Shown here: piece by piece, positions 36,945-47,084 of the stretch | How positions within the stretch are numbered: position 1 is the first letter of the stretch | Layout: each line of letters begins with the position of its first letter | IMG/VR virus record: IMGVR_UViG_3300004805_000008 | Location: 1-53,873 of that record | Length of the DNA: 53,873 nt | Strand: one strand, 5' to 3' | From: a virus | Taxonomy: Duplodnaviria; Caudoviricetes | Notes under the pieces: model-generated | Database searches by the model: none | The model's input: the letters and a program-made list of their open reading frames with translations, nothing else | Told to the model about the DNA's origin: nothing | Translations under genes and position numbers: made by a program

Positions 36945-36961
36945 TTTAAAGGGTATATTTC

Positions 36962-38170
36962 ATGTCATCTTCGTCAATTCCAACTTTATCAGATGTACTA
37001 TTTTATACTGCTGCTGATTCTTATGACTATTTGACTGATAACCGCCCAATCCAGCAGTTATCGGACAATATCAAGGCCACTGCAGCTTCCCTAATAGGCA
37101 TCGGATATGGCGAGCATTCCTCCCTTTCAGGTGCTCTTATTGCCGCCGGTAAGGCTGTTGAACTCCAGGAAAATGGCAATATCGCTTATGCTACAAGCAC
37201 AGTAAAGACTGGTATTTATGGCTTAGTTGTAGGGTCAACGCAGGGTGGTCTAAACAAAGTCATCTGGCGCTCTTCTCTACTCGACCTTGAAGTAATTGGA
37301 TTACAGGGCCTTATTTCAGGTGCAACGGCTGACATGGTTCTAAAGATTACTCCCTCGACTGGCGTTATTTCAGCTGTCGGTGCTGGCACTATTACGGTCT
37401 CTGACCTAGTTCTTGGTACAGTTCTTAAGTCTCCTTATATCACTATCAATAGAGTTGCAAGTACTTCCTCAGCGGCTGATCCTTCTGCCAAAGAGAACTT
37501 ACTACACAACTATGGTTTTACTAGAAAGCAGAATTTCAATCTCTTTGCTTCATTAGACGCTCTACCTATCCAGTTTTCAAAGAGCGTAATGAGAGCACCT
37601 CTACTTTCTGGTAATAGAAATCCATTGAATATAACCTTATCTTCATCCACTGGTGAAGTTACTATTGATAATGTAACTGTAGATACTACTAACTATAACT
37701 CAGTTACTTGGGTGTTAAGAGAAACGTATACTCAGCTTCTTGTAAATGATACTACCCCAGTAGAAGATGTTTCAGTAAATGTAATCTCTTCATTAACTAC
37801 CACTACAAATACTCCTAACCTTTGGTCTAGTATTGCATATCCTTCTACCTTCCCTGTCTCTGGCGTAGATAATTTCGAAATTTCTGACACTAATGCAGCT
37901 AACTTAAAGAAGTTCTCGATTAGTCGTTACTATCAGTATCCTCAGGCTTCAGGATCAGTTATTACCACAAGTCCTTCAGTAATCGTAACTGTATTCGATC
38001 CCTTCGCTACTGGTGGAAGTAATGACGGCGGTGAAACTGGACGTATAGTAGTACTAGACTTCATCTATTACGGTACTGGTGGATATGAAACGTCAAGAAA
38101 ACGAATAACTCTAGTAGGTGCCGCAGCATTGGCTCTCTATAATGCCTTCCCATCAGAGTTAACTGCTTAA
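36962..38170 (+). CDS. Tail/baseplate fibre-like virion protein
   Basis: N-terminal YTAADSYDYLTDNRPIQQL shared with 39298; Ser/Thr-rich. Confidence 0.6.
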   Translation: MSSSSIPTLSDVLFYTAADSYDYLTDNRPIQQLSDNIKATAASLIGIGYGEHSSLSGALIAAGKAVELQENGNIAYATSTVKTGIYGLVVGSTQGGLNKVIWRSSLLDLEVIGLQGLISGATADMVLKITPSTGVISAVGAGTITVSDLVLGTVLKSPYITINRVASTSSAADPSAKENLLHNYGFTRKQNFNLFASLDALPIQFSKSVMRAPLLSGNRNPLNITLSSSTGEVTIDNVTVDTTNYNSVTWVLRETYTQLLVNDTTPVEDVSVNVISSLTTTTNTPNLWSSIAYPSTFPVSGVDNFEISDTNAANLKKFSISRYYQYPQASGSVITTSPSVIVTVFDPFATGGSNDGGETGRIVVLDFIYYGTGGYETSRKRITLVGAAALALYNAFPSELTA

Positions 38171-38177
38171 TAATTAA
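38171..38177 (+). promoter_or_regulatory. Putative late promoter TAATTAA
   Basis: Before the gp26-like gene. Confidence 0.6.
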
Positions 38178-38205
38178 TAATTATAGAAACACCTAGGAAT
38201 TTTAT

Positions 38206-38997
38206 ATGTCTCAAGTACCAGCGGCAGCGTTTAACTTAGCTTCGCTTTTGCCTCCTTTTCAGGAAATTACTCTCCCTTCTAACGGTTTTTATGACGCTGA
38301 AGTACCTGCAACCGTTCATGTTAGAGGGCTGACCATTAAAGAGTTGAAGTTCATTACTGCCAATGGAAAGCTAAACAAGAAGAGTTTTGACGGAACCTTA
38401 TCTGCCTGTATTAAAGAGAGTATAGATATCTCTAAGTTACTGGTAGAAGATTACAATTATCTTGTTTATATGATTAGACTCTATAGTAACGGTGGTCAAT
38501 CTACTGCTACCATTAGATGCAATAATATGTCATGCAGAAACCAATATTCTTTTGATTATGATATCACTGAGTGCGCTGTTGTAGATAGGGCCGAGGGTCT
38601 TATTGAAAAGAGTAAGACAGTCAACCTTCCACGCTTTACTAAGGAGCATAATCTCAATGTGAACGTAGAAGTTAAGAGACTCACTAGAAACGATATTATC
38701 AACGTTGAAAATACTATGCGTATTCAAACTGAGATGGCCTCCAAGGAAAAAAGACCTAACTCTGTTTTTCCTCTAACTGAGTATTTGAAGGCGTATATCG
38801 GATCTGTTACAGGTCTACCAGTACCAGTGCCTAAGGAACAACTACTAGACATCTTCTCAACTGAAGATTCCCAGCTAGTTACTACGGCATTCGATGATGT
38901 AGTTTTTGGAGTAAAGGGTCAAGCTGAATCAGTATGTCCGCATTGTGGGGAAACCAACAAGTATGACATTCCGTTCACTGACGCATTTTTTCTTTAA
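38206..38997 (+). CDS. Baseplate hub assembly chaperone, T4 gp26-like
   Basis: ITLPSNGFY, VRGLTIKE, DYNYLVYMIRLYS, CxxxxC and CPHCG, ends ...DAFFL. Confidence 0.75.
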   Translation: MSQVPAAAFNLASLLPPFQEITLPSNGFYDAEVPATVHVRGLTIKELKFITANGKLNKKSFDGTLSACIKESIDISKLLVEDYNYLVYMIRLYSNGGQSTATIRCNNMSCRNQYSFDYDITECAVVDRAEGLIEKSKTVNLPRFTKEHNLNVNVEVKRLTRNDIINVENTMRIQTEMASKEKRPNSVFPLTEYLKAYIGSVTGLPVPVPKEQLLDIFSTEDSQLVTTAFDDVVFGVKGQAESVCPHCGETNKYDIPFTDAFFL

Positions 38998-39241
38998 TTA
39001 CTTGGGAGTAGACTACCCCATAACTACAGAATTGCTAGACATGTATGATGATATTCAATACTACTTCATCACTAACTTCTTGTCTTACTCATATATAACT
39101 GACCTGCAACTAATGATGCGTTTCAGCATAAAATTGGACGTTTCTTATACCGATCTCATTACTCCGGTTGAATTTACTATGTGGCAAGCTAAAATGGAGA
39201 AAATTGAGGAGGCCCGTAAAAAGGACAGGGAGAAGAATTGA
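38993..39241 (+). CDS. Short gp51-C-like chaperone extension (possibly reached by +1 frameshift)
   Basis: Open in the +1 frame across the upstream stop; ends LMMRF...TDLITPVEFTMW...EKIEEARKK; no convincing RBS; internal ATG at 39041. Confidence 0.6.
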   Translation, partial: FNYLGVDYPITTELLDMYDDIQYYFITNFLSYSYITDLQLMMRFSIKLDVSYTDLITPVEFTMWQAKMEKIEEARKKDREKN

Positions 39242-39255
39242 TAGAGTAGACTTGG

Positions 39256-39262
39256 TAATTAA
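39256..39262 (+). promoter_or_regulatory. Putative late promoter TAATTAA
   Basis: Before 39298; AAGGA RBS follows. Confidence 0.68.
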
Positions 39263-39297
39263 TTTGTAGATCAAGATGTAGAAGGAAAAATTTATCT

Positions 39298-41895
39298 ATG
39301 AGTAAAGTTTCTTTAAGCCCTGTTAGATATTACGATGTAACTGATATTTACACGGCTTCTGTTGACAATAGGCCGCTAAGAGATATTTCCGCTAATATCG
39401 GATTTATTAATGACGCTATTCAGGCTTTGGGCTTTTACCAGGAACTCTACGCTTCAGTAGATGTTGAACCACCTGGCGGATTTACTCCATTTACCTGTGT
39501 AGCTGTAAGTAAGTCTAATCAACTCATTCCCATAGACATTTCACTTTCCGCACTGACTATAAATTATGCCTCTCTTCCACTCTATTTAGTCATAGAGTCT
39601 CTAGGGCACTCATTATACAAGTGCATCTCCTTCTCTTCCAGTATCTCATTACCTTCTGGACTCAACGTATTTTTAAATGAGGCTATTGGGAAGGCATTGA
39701 AAGTAGGCCCCAGCGGCTCTTTAGTAGATGAGATTTTCTTCGATCTCTACTATGGAAGTTCTAACTATCAGCAAATTGTAATAGGTAAGATCTTAACCCA
39801 GTCTACTTTTTCCTTCGGCGGAAACCAAGTAAATACTCTTGGGGATAATAGATTTCTAGCTAAGAATAGAAATGATTCCACTACTGGTCTTGTTACCCGA
39901 CTTATAGATACTCAAGATTCCCATACTGCTTTCTCCAGTATGATATTGTCTAGTAGTACCAACGCTTATAGTTCTTCCCACACTTCCTATCTGAACGCTG
40001 TTGCTGGTACGGGTACGGTCACTGCAGCTACAAAGTCACCAGTTTATTTTTCATATGTTCCTCTCCAGATTGACCCAGCATCAGGAAATCCGCTCCCTGG
40101 AGGATCTACTGGTTCCTTTCTTAATGATGTTCACTTTGCTACTATCACTGTAACTCCTACTATCACTGGGGGTTCTTCATTAACTTCGGGTGTTAATCTT
40201 AGTTCTCTGCTCGACTTTTCTTCGTCTTATTTAATACATGGTTCGTCATATTCTGCCTCTCTCGGAGAGACTGTGCAGACATTGGGAACTTCTTTAGTAT
40301 TGAGCGATAAATCTGATGGTACCGCCTCTCTGCTGCAGTTACCTATAGCAACTACTATATCTTCTACTTTAACTAGACCTTCTACTTTAGACCCCGTCTT
40401 TTTGCTCGATCCAAATATTATAACCCATTTGAATACTACCGATCACCCAGGTATCTCTTTTGGTTCTTTCCATCCCTCTTCAACCTCTTCGGCATTGGGA
40501 GGCGGCTTCTTGGGAATGGTGAGAGATTCAGGTCTAGCCCCAGTTACTCCTTTCAGTTTTAATGCTCTTGCCGCACCAACTGACTTCGATGCCTGTAACT
40601 CGTTAATTTTATATAGTAAGCAGAATAGTACTAATACTTCATTGGGATCTGCTGCCTTATATCTAATATCTGATGGTTATATTTTCCTCGGTTCTAATAA
40701 CGGTGTTTTCTGTCCTAATACTCCTTTATTAGACTTCGAAATTACTAATAAGATCTATGTAGACACTTTAGTAAAGACTATTTCAGACGCTGCGATGAAG
40801 AAGATTTCCATTACTGGAACTACTTCTTCTGCTCCAGTTACAGGCCCATTAATCTTTGACACTACTACCTCAGCAACTCCAAATGTTGTATTAGGATTCA
40901 CTACTCTAACTAAGAGTGAAATTCAAAGTACACAACATATTGAATTCACTGATGGGAACTCCAATTATCAGATAGTCTATGGTAAAACTCCCTTAGACGC
41001 TCTGACTACCGGATATAGTCCTCACGCTTTCACTACTTGGCAGCATGTAGAGACTAGAATTGCCGATATAACTTCGGGTTCTCTGACTGGCTATGTAGAT
41101 AAGACTACTGTTAATCAGGCTATTACTTCTCGTAAGTTGTTCAGAGAAACTGCTTCCGGTATGGGTGACGGCGGTATTACTATCGAGGCCACCGCAGAAT
41201 TGCAGATTCAGACAAGAGATATCCTTTCTGCTACTACCGGAATTATTAGAGTTCCTAATGCTATTGTACACTTTGGAATAAAAAATGCAGCTGAGGATCA
41301 GGTTAAACTAATTTCTGGAAGTACTATAAATGGTGACACTGGAAATACTGTAGTAACAAAGGATTATCTTCCTTCAGCTGTGTCTAGTGCTATAGACGCT
41401 ATTCTTGGTGCAGCACCCACTTACGGTATTTGGGGAACTCACGTTATTCCGACTACTCTAACTACGTGGGGTACTACTTATAGCGGATGGAGATGTCTCA
41501 CTCAGGGATCAGCTATAGATTTAAGTCCCAGTTTCTTATTGCTCTTCGAAGGAATGTCTTCAGCTTCTGGATTAACCTACGTTGGAACAAAATCCGCACT
41601 TTTCTCGGTTTCTGGTAGTGACAGTAGAACAAGTGTAGGTCCTGACATTAATTCACCCGCTGGTGTATTCCATGATGCCCTTGCTATAGTAGTCAAACGT
41701 GCTTCCAGTGGTCAATACGATGAAATTACCCGTAACGAGATTATGTTAGATTCTAGCGCAGGCAACCCCTCATGGGCTGCGGCCACTTCTGCTTCATGCT
41801 CTGTTGTGCTACATCCCGGTGACCAACTTGCAGTTCTTGCTGAATGGTGTACACATGGATCCGCTTCTATTGCCCTACTTAGATTTTTCCCTTAG
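39298..41895 (+). CDS. Tail fibre-like protein (865 aa)
   Basis: N-terminal VRYYDVTDIYTASVDNRPLRDI; fibre-type ITNKIYVD and VVTKDYL motifs; Ser/Thr-rich. Confidence 0.65.
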   Translation: MSKVSLSPVRYYDVTDIYTASVDNRPLRDISANIGFINDAIQALGFYQELYASVDVEPPGGFTPFTCVAVSKSNQLIPIDISLSALTINYASLPLYLVIESLGHSLYKCISFSSSISLPSGLNVFLNEAIGKALKVGPSGSLVDEIFFDLYYGSSNYQQIVIGKILTQSTFSFGGNQVNTLGDNRFLAKNRNDSTTGLVTRLIDTQDSHTAFSSMILSSSTNAYSSSHTSYLNAVAGTGTVTAATKSPVYFSYVPLQIDPASGNPLPGGSTGSFLNDVHFATITVTPTITGGSSLTSGVNLSSLLDFSSSYLIHGSSYSASLGETVQTLGTSLVLSDKSDGTASLLQLPIATTISSTLTRPSTLDPVFLLDPNIITHLNTTDHPGISFGSFHPSSTSSALGGGFLGMVRDSGLAPVTPFSFNALAAPTDFDACNSLILYSKQNSTNTSLGSAALYLISDGYIFLGSNNGVFCPNTPLLDFEITNKIYVDTLVKTISDAAMKKISITGTTSSAPVTGPLIFDTTTSATPNVVLGFTTLTKSEIQSTQHIEFTDGNSNYQIVYGKTPLDALTTGYSPHAFTTWQHVETRIADITSGSLTGYVDKTTVNQAITSRKLFRETASGMGDGGITIEATAELQIQTRDILSATTGIIRVPNAIVHFGIKNAAEDQVKLISGSTINGDTGNTVVTKDYLPSAVSSAIDAILGAAPTYGIWGTHVIPTTLTTWGTTYSGWRCLTQGSAIDLSPSFLLLFEGMSSASGLTYVGTKSALFSVSGSDSRTSVGPDINSPAGVFHDALAIVVKRASSGQYDEITRNEIMLDSSAGNPSWAAATSASCSVVLHPGDQLAVLAEWCTHGSASIALLRFFP

Positions 41896-41904
41896 GACTA
41901 ACTA

Positions 41905-42450
41905 ATGCCATTAACTTCACATAATAACGCCACACAGAGAGTGGATTCTCCAGGATTCTCGCCCCTGCTACGAAACGAGAGTCCTTATTTCAATAATCTG
42001 AATAGAGCTCCCAAGAATGCCTATGACTATGCCGAAGAGCTCAATAAGATTCTAAGTCTCGGTGGGTATGTCACAAAGCATGCTCCCGGTGTCTCTGGTA
42101 CTACTTTCGATATCTATGAGTTTGTTACAATAACTGACTCCGAGACTATATTAGCTAATCCTGTAAGCACTACTGAGAGAGTAGGAATTGTAGTAACTTC
42201 AGTAACGGACGATGGATTCTACTGGGTATGCACGTTCTGCCCCAATTTTACCTTTCCCTCAGCCGCCTCAATTGGTAACTTTGCAATCACCCCAAATCAA
42301 GAAAAAGTATCTTTAGCTAGTACTACACCTGGTTCAGTTACTACAAAAACTCTCGATGCTTTAGTCTTGTGTTTAGCGGGTGGACAGGCTATCGCTAAAA
42401 AGATAGGACCCCAAACAATCTTCTTCTGTGGATCGGCCCGTATATTCTAA
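41905..42450 (+). CDS. Hypothetical virion protein
   Basis: 181 aa; SPYFNNLNRAP weakly echoes the D-N-R-P motif. Confidence 0.65.
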   Translation: MPLTSHNNATQRVDSPGFSPLLRNESPYFNNLNRAPKNAYDYAEELNKILSLGGYVTKHAPGVSGTTFDIYEFVTITDSETILANPVSTTERVGIVVTSVTDDGFYWVCTFCPNFTFPSAASIGNFAITPNQEKVSLASTTPGSVTTKTLDALVLCLAGGQAIAKKIGPQTIFFCGSARIF

Positions 42451-45400
42451 TGAGACAACAGCCTGTTTCTTTCGATACATTTTTTAAGTCTATCTGGTAC
42501 AAAATACCGGAAGTATTTAGAAATGCTGATCCTGAAGTAGGTAGACCCTTACAGATACTGACGCTGACTATGGCTCAGCAGATGTATTACTATTTCTACT
42601 TGAAGATATACGCTATGGATGAGCTCTTTGATCCAGATAAGTGTCCTCAAGAGTATCTGGCCTTTCTTTCCTCTTTAGTTGGTTGGAAACTAGTAGGATC
42701 TGATCCCGATTCATGGAGACAACAGATTAAGCATGCCCCTCTACTTTATAAGATTAAGGGAACAGAAAAGTCTATTGTTATCGCTGAAAAGCTTATCGGC
42801 TATTCAGTTTTCATGACTGAACTGTATCGGGATTATACTGGAAATATAGTACCTAAAGAAAAGTTGTTCAACACCTTTCCAGTGAGTATAAAGGTTAAGC
42901 CTTGGTTTAGAAAGACTTCAATAGACACTGAAAAGCATCTATTTAATGATGCCTTTTCTGATTTATTTCCTGCCTTCAACGAGGGTACTTCAGAGATTAC
43001 TTCATTAGGTGAACTTCTCCATCCTAAAAAACTTAGAAGAGCCTCTACCCGATTTGTTCCAATGTCCACCACAGTTGGATATGACCCTAAGACAGGCGCA
43101 GCATCCTTAGCCAGACTAGCTAAACTTCCACGAATTAATCTAGTACTTAAAAAGGATAGGGATTTAGACTACGTAGCAAGTAACGGAGTATCTACCGATG
43201 CTACTGCTACTGACGCTCTAGCTCTTCTTTTACAGTTTAAACCCTTCCATGTCTATATTAATAACTTAGTTGTGCTATACAGTCTTACTGACTATCTTTT
43301 TGGTAACGCTTCTACTCCATCTGGTGATGGTAGTTTACCCGGAGATGCTGTGTTATTTAGAGAAACTCTGAGTGTTTATGGAACCGTAGGAGTTTCTGGA
43401 AGTACTGAACGAGTTTCCTACAAGTCTACTTCCTCTTCTAGTATCTCAGATACATCAACATCGGAACAAAATACGTCTATAAATAAAGGAAATGTTTTAG
43501 TAAAGTATTCTCTTTTAGACTTTACCAATATATTAACGTCTGACTATGTTACTGATGCTTCCTACTTAGAATCTATTGGAATGTCCTTGAAAGGATATAA
43601 TAGGGCCTATATAGTTGATCAACCCAATCATATCTGGAATTTCCATACTGACTTTATTCCCATCACTTTGGATACCCCAGTTGGCCACAGAGCCCCTGAG
43701 ATGTCTTCTATCCTGCCTTATTCAACACCTCCGGTACTGTCCGGTAACGTAATAACCCCAATGTCTTCTGGTTATGGGCTGACTTCCTTTACTGATACTT
43801 TTACATATTCTTATTTACCCACCGACTTTACTTCTATTAACTACTCTTTTGTTTCTAAATTTGCTAACGCTCCTAACATAACTCATCTGCACAACTTTAT
43901 CCCAGTTTCTTTGGGTGCCTCATCTATCGTATCTTTAGTTCCCTCGGCAGACTCGGGATTTTTACAGGATACCGTCACTATAAACTACATTGTTAGTAAT
44001 AGTTCTACAGTGTTGCAGTCAGTTCAAAATTACATATCCGGCGATGCTTGGTCACTTGATGGACTCTTTAAATTTAGAAGAGTATTACCCACTGTTACCA
44101 AATTGAGTACTGGAATTGTTTTAAATACGGACGAGCTAGTATTACAGGAACTATACAATCAGGGTACTTTATTAGTTGCTTCATATGAGGGACATCATAT
44201 AATTCTACAGGAATCAGATTATAAAATTGATTCCAGACGTGGTGCTATCGTATTTAATATGTATTCTATAGTTACTAAACTAGAACAGTACTTCTATCCG
44301 TCAACTTCCAATCCCGATTATTTCTACTTCCCTCTACTTAAGATTCATGCGCTCTATGCTGAGAAGGAATCAACTACAGAATCCTTTAACGTTGATACTG
44401 CTACAATCAATCGTGGAACTGGTATCTCATCAAAGAGAAAGCATAAAAAGTTTAACCGATTTGAGTTTGCTGATACTACTGCAATAGATACCTTACGCAG
44501 TACTCAGAGTGTAGAACATCTATATGAGGTAGATTCAGCAACTGGAATGATTGATGAGGCTTACCAGTACGCTAGAGGCTTCAACTCACAACTACCTACT
44601 CTATTTACCAGAAAGACATTATTCGAAGAAGAAAGAAGTTCAGTACCTGTGTTACAGATAAATAGTAGGGAGCCTAGAAACGAATCTCTGTGGACTATAT
44701 TTAAACCTTCTCCGGCTTCGTTTGTTGGGTCTACTCCACTGATGACAGACTTTTTTGCTAACTATTACAATATTGATACCTACACTACGGTAGCAGATAC
44801 TGTAGCATATTCAGCTATTGATATGAGTTCCGAAACCCAGATAGCTAATAGATCTTCTGACAAGTGGAAGACTTTTGTTAGTAATGTTCCAACTCACCAG
44901 AAAGAATACTTTTTAATCACTAGAAACAACGATCCTAGCCGAATTTCTAGGTGGACTAGAGGAAGTGCATTAAAATCTTCAAGACCTTATATAGGTGCCT
45001 CCAGGGCCTCTGTACAGCCTTTTAGAAGTGATTTAACATCCTTTAACCGAAGTTCTATGTTAAAAGATTATGCTACCTCTAGTATCTCAAGATATCCTCA
45101 TTTAGGCAACTATTCTTATGTTACTTCCTCCAACACTGATGTTACTTCAGAGTACTTCTCAGTAGAGGGAATCCCAGTTAGTACCACTCCAACTACCAAT
45201 GAATTTATCTACGTAGCTGACACAACTAAAGCAACTGTGTCAGAAACTGGAGTTATTAACTATCCTACAAGCACTTTAAACATTTCTTCATATGACACTC
45301 CTTTTGACTCGCTTCACGCAAGTAAGTATTATGCTTCTGAAACTAGTACCACTCCTTCATTCTCTATGTACGCTGGTAATATTAGATTTGATGTATCTCC

Positions 45401-46178
45401 AACCTCTGGCGTGTTATTAAACACTTTATTTGACAACGTAGATATTGATATTAGCGGTCTAGTGAAGCAGAATCTTTCGCTATCTTGGACTGATATTCAT
45501 GTCAGTAGAAGTATAGCTCTTGACTATAACACCTATATCGTATGGAGAGAACTGAATACTGGAGATACTGTAAATATTGGTCTTGCTCCCGATGTATCTT
45601 ATTCCTTAGTACGATCCAATATTAGATTTCTACATAACGGTATTGAACTATCAGCAGGAAACAACTGGTTTATAACAGACAATCCAATGACTCTAAATGT
45701 AGATCCTTCATTAGCTATCGAAGAAGGCGATGTATTTAGTCTTGAGTATGAAACTCTAGGTGCCGCAGTACACGATGATCCTAGACTGGTTGTACAGACT
45801 GGATTAACTACGGTATCTTCTGAGTCAACTAATATCACTTCTATTAATCGTAACTACCTGAAAGTTGTCCCCTTTACTCACTCTCCAGTAATTGAATGGT
45901 CAGATGGAGCAACCTATTGTGGCTGGTCTGAAACTACTACTAACTCAACAAATACTCTACCACCAGAACCATTAATCCATGTAGACACTGCCGTTCCCAA
46001 TGTTACAGTCTCCGTGGTATCTACTCCAGGACCTATTACAGTAGTTCTAGTATACGGAACTGATTGGAAGTTTAGAGCCATCCCAGATACTGTTTCATAC
46101 AGAATTCAATTGCTACAACACGCTTCAGATAGTTTAAAGTACGGTGATCAAATTCATATCACTTATAAGTATCGCTAA
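42450..46178 (+). CDS. Baseplate wedge / tail protein with P2 gpI-like N-terminus (1242 aa)
   Basis: LFDPDKCPQEYLAFLSSLVGW...IKHAPLLYKIKGT, FKPFHV. Confidence 0.75.
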   Translation: MRQQPVSFDTFFKSIWYKIPEVFRNADPEVGRPLQILTLTMAQQMYYYFYLKIYAMDELFDPDKCPQEYLAFLSSLVGWKLVGSDPDSWRQQIKHAPLLYKIKGTEKSIVIAEKLIGYSVFMTELYRDYTGNIVPKEKLFNTFPVSIKVKPWFRKTSIDTEKHLFNDAFSDLFPAFNEGTSEITSLGELLHPKKLRRASTRFVPMSTTVGYDPKTGAASLARLAKLPRINLVLKKDRDLDYVASNGVSTDATATDALALLLQFKPFHVYINNLVVLYSLTDYLFGNASTPSGDGSLPGDAVLFRETLSVYGTVGVSGSTERVSYKSTSSSSISDTSTSEQNTSINKGNVLVKYSLLDFTNILTSDYVTDASYLESIGMSLKGYNRAYIVDQPNHIWNFHTDFIPITLDTPVGHRAPEMSSILPYSTPPVLSGNVITPMSSGYGLTSFTDTFTYSYLPTDFTSINYSFVSKFANAPNITHLHNFIPVSLGASSIVSLVPSADSGFLQDTVTINYIVSNSSTVLQSVQNYISGDAWSLDGLFKFRRVLPTVTKLSTGIVLNTDELVLQELYNQGTLLVASYEGHHIILQESDYKIDSRRGAIVFNMYSIVTKLEQYFYPSTSNPDYFYFPLLKIHALYAEKESTTESFNVDTATINRGTGISSKRKHKKFNRFEFADTTAIDTLRSTQSVEHLYEVDSATGMIDEAYQYARGFNSQLPTLFTRKTLFEEERSSVPVLQINSREPRNESLWTIFKPSPASFVGSTPLMTDFFANYYNIDTYTTVADTVAYSAIDMSSETQIANRSSDKWKTFVSNVPTHQKEYFLITRNNDPSRISRWTRGSALKSSRPYIGASRASVQPFRSDLTSFNRSSMLKDYATSSISRYPHLGNYSYVTSSNTDVTSEYFSVEGIPVSTTPTTNEFIYVADTTKATVSETGVINYPTSTLNISSYDTPFDSLHASKYYASETSTTPSFSMYAGNIRFDVSPTSGVLLNTLFDNVDIDISGLVKQNLSLSWTDIHVSRSIALDYNTYIVWRELNTGDTVNIGLAPDVSYSLVRSNIRFLHNGIELSAGNNWFITDNPMTLNVDPSLAIEEGDVFSLEYETLGAAVHDDPRLVVQTGLTTVSSESTNITSINRNYLKVVPFTHSPVIEWSDGATYCGWSETTTNSTNTLPPEPLIHVDTAVPNVTVSVVSTPGPITVVLVYGTDWKFRAIPDTVSYRIQLLQHASDSLKYGDQIHITYKYR

Positions 46179-46187
46179 ACTAATCAT

Positions 46188-46194
46188 TAATTAA
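46188..46194 (+). promoter_or_regulatory. Putative late promoter TAATTAA
   Basis: TAATTAA-ATAT-ACAGG, the same context as 23797. Confidence 0.7.
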
Positions 46195-46209
46195 ATATAC
46201 AGGAAGTTT

Positions 46210-46788
46210 ATGTCACGTACATCATTAGAGTTGTTTGAGTTTATCAAAGAAGAATTTTTAGACGAGGCTAGACTTCGTCCAATGGCTACTGCTGCTGAAC
46301 GTGAGTGGAGCGCCTTTGACTCGGCTTATGAGTTTCTTCACAATGCCTCTGTATTTTCTTTTAGTATAATGCCCCAACAGACTCAGCATGTTCCTATTGG
46401 TGATGCTTCAGGCACTATCCAGAAATACGACTCTGAATTTTTACATTATATCGATCACTTCCAAGAGATGGCTGATAAGGATCCAGAACAAGATATTAAG
46501 TATCTTATGTTCAAGGATATTTTAGTTAGGAACCATAGAAACTTCCTTACGGCAGTTGGTGGTAAGACTAAGAGGGTATTCGATCCTATTTATTCTAATA
46601 ACCCCGTTCAAAATAGAAACATAGCTAGAAATCAGGCTTCTGGTACTGCTACTTTTGTGAATAGTAATCCTCCCGCCCAACTACCTAAAGTAGTTCCTGG
46701 CGTGACTCCAGTTTCTAGACGTTCTGATGTGACTATTAACCCCTCAATTCTAAACAGCACTGTACTCCCTTTAAACGATAGGAAATAA
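46210..46788 (+). CDS. Hypothetical, probable internal head protein
   Basis: N-terminal FIKE|EFLDE|A. Confidence 0.7.
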   Translation: MSRTSLELFEFIKEEFLDEARLRPMATAAEREWSAFDSAYEFLHNASVFSFSIMPQQTQHVPIGDASGTIQKYDSEFLHYIDHFQEMADKDPEQDIKYLMFKDILVRNHRNFLTAVGGKTKRVFDPIYSNNPVQNRNIARNQASGTATFVNSNPPAQLPKVVPGVTPVSRRSDVTINPSILNSTVLPLNDRK

Positions 46789-46789
46789 C

Positions 46790-47071
46790 ATGAAAATTGA
46801 AACTTTATTAAACGAAGAGGTTAGTGGAACTACTACCTCGAATATGTCTGGCGGCACCTTCGTTTCACCCATGAAGGATAAGGATGGAGTTGAAGTAGTT
46901 AAACGAGTCCCTATGAAGCGCCTCAAAGGACAGTTCGCCTCTTACGGTCTTGGCGAGAAGTCATGCAAGGGATGTGACCTGATCCATACTAGTTACGACA
47001 CTATGGGATCAAAGAGATCTCCTAAATTAATCACTTGCCAAATGTGTGGCACTAATCATAAAGTAAAATAA
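46790..47071 (+). CDS. Small Zn-finger protein, probable internal head protein
   Basis: MKIETLLNE|E; CKGC...CQMC. Confidence 0.7.
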   Translation: MKIETLLNEEVSGTTTSNMSGGTFVSPMKDKDGVEVVKRVPMKRLKGQFASYGLGEKSCKGCDLIHTSYDTMGSKRSPKLITCQMCGTNHKVK

Positions 47072-47084
47072 GGAGTTATATTTA

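Noticed and set aside
38985-39011. Classical -1 frameshift at the T run ending the gp26-like gene
   Set aside because: The -1 frame hits TAG after a few codons; only the +1 frame gives an extension
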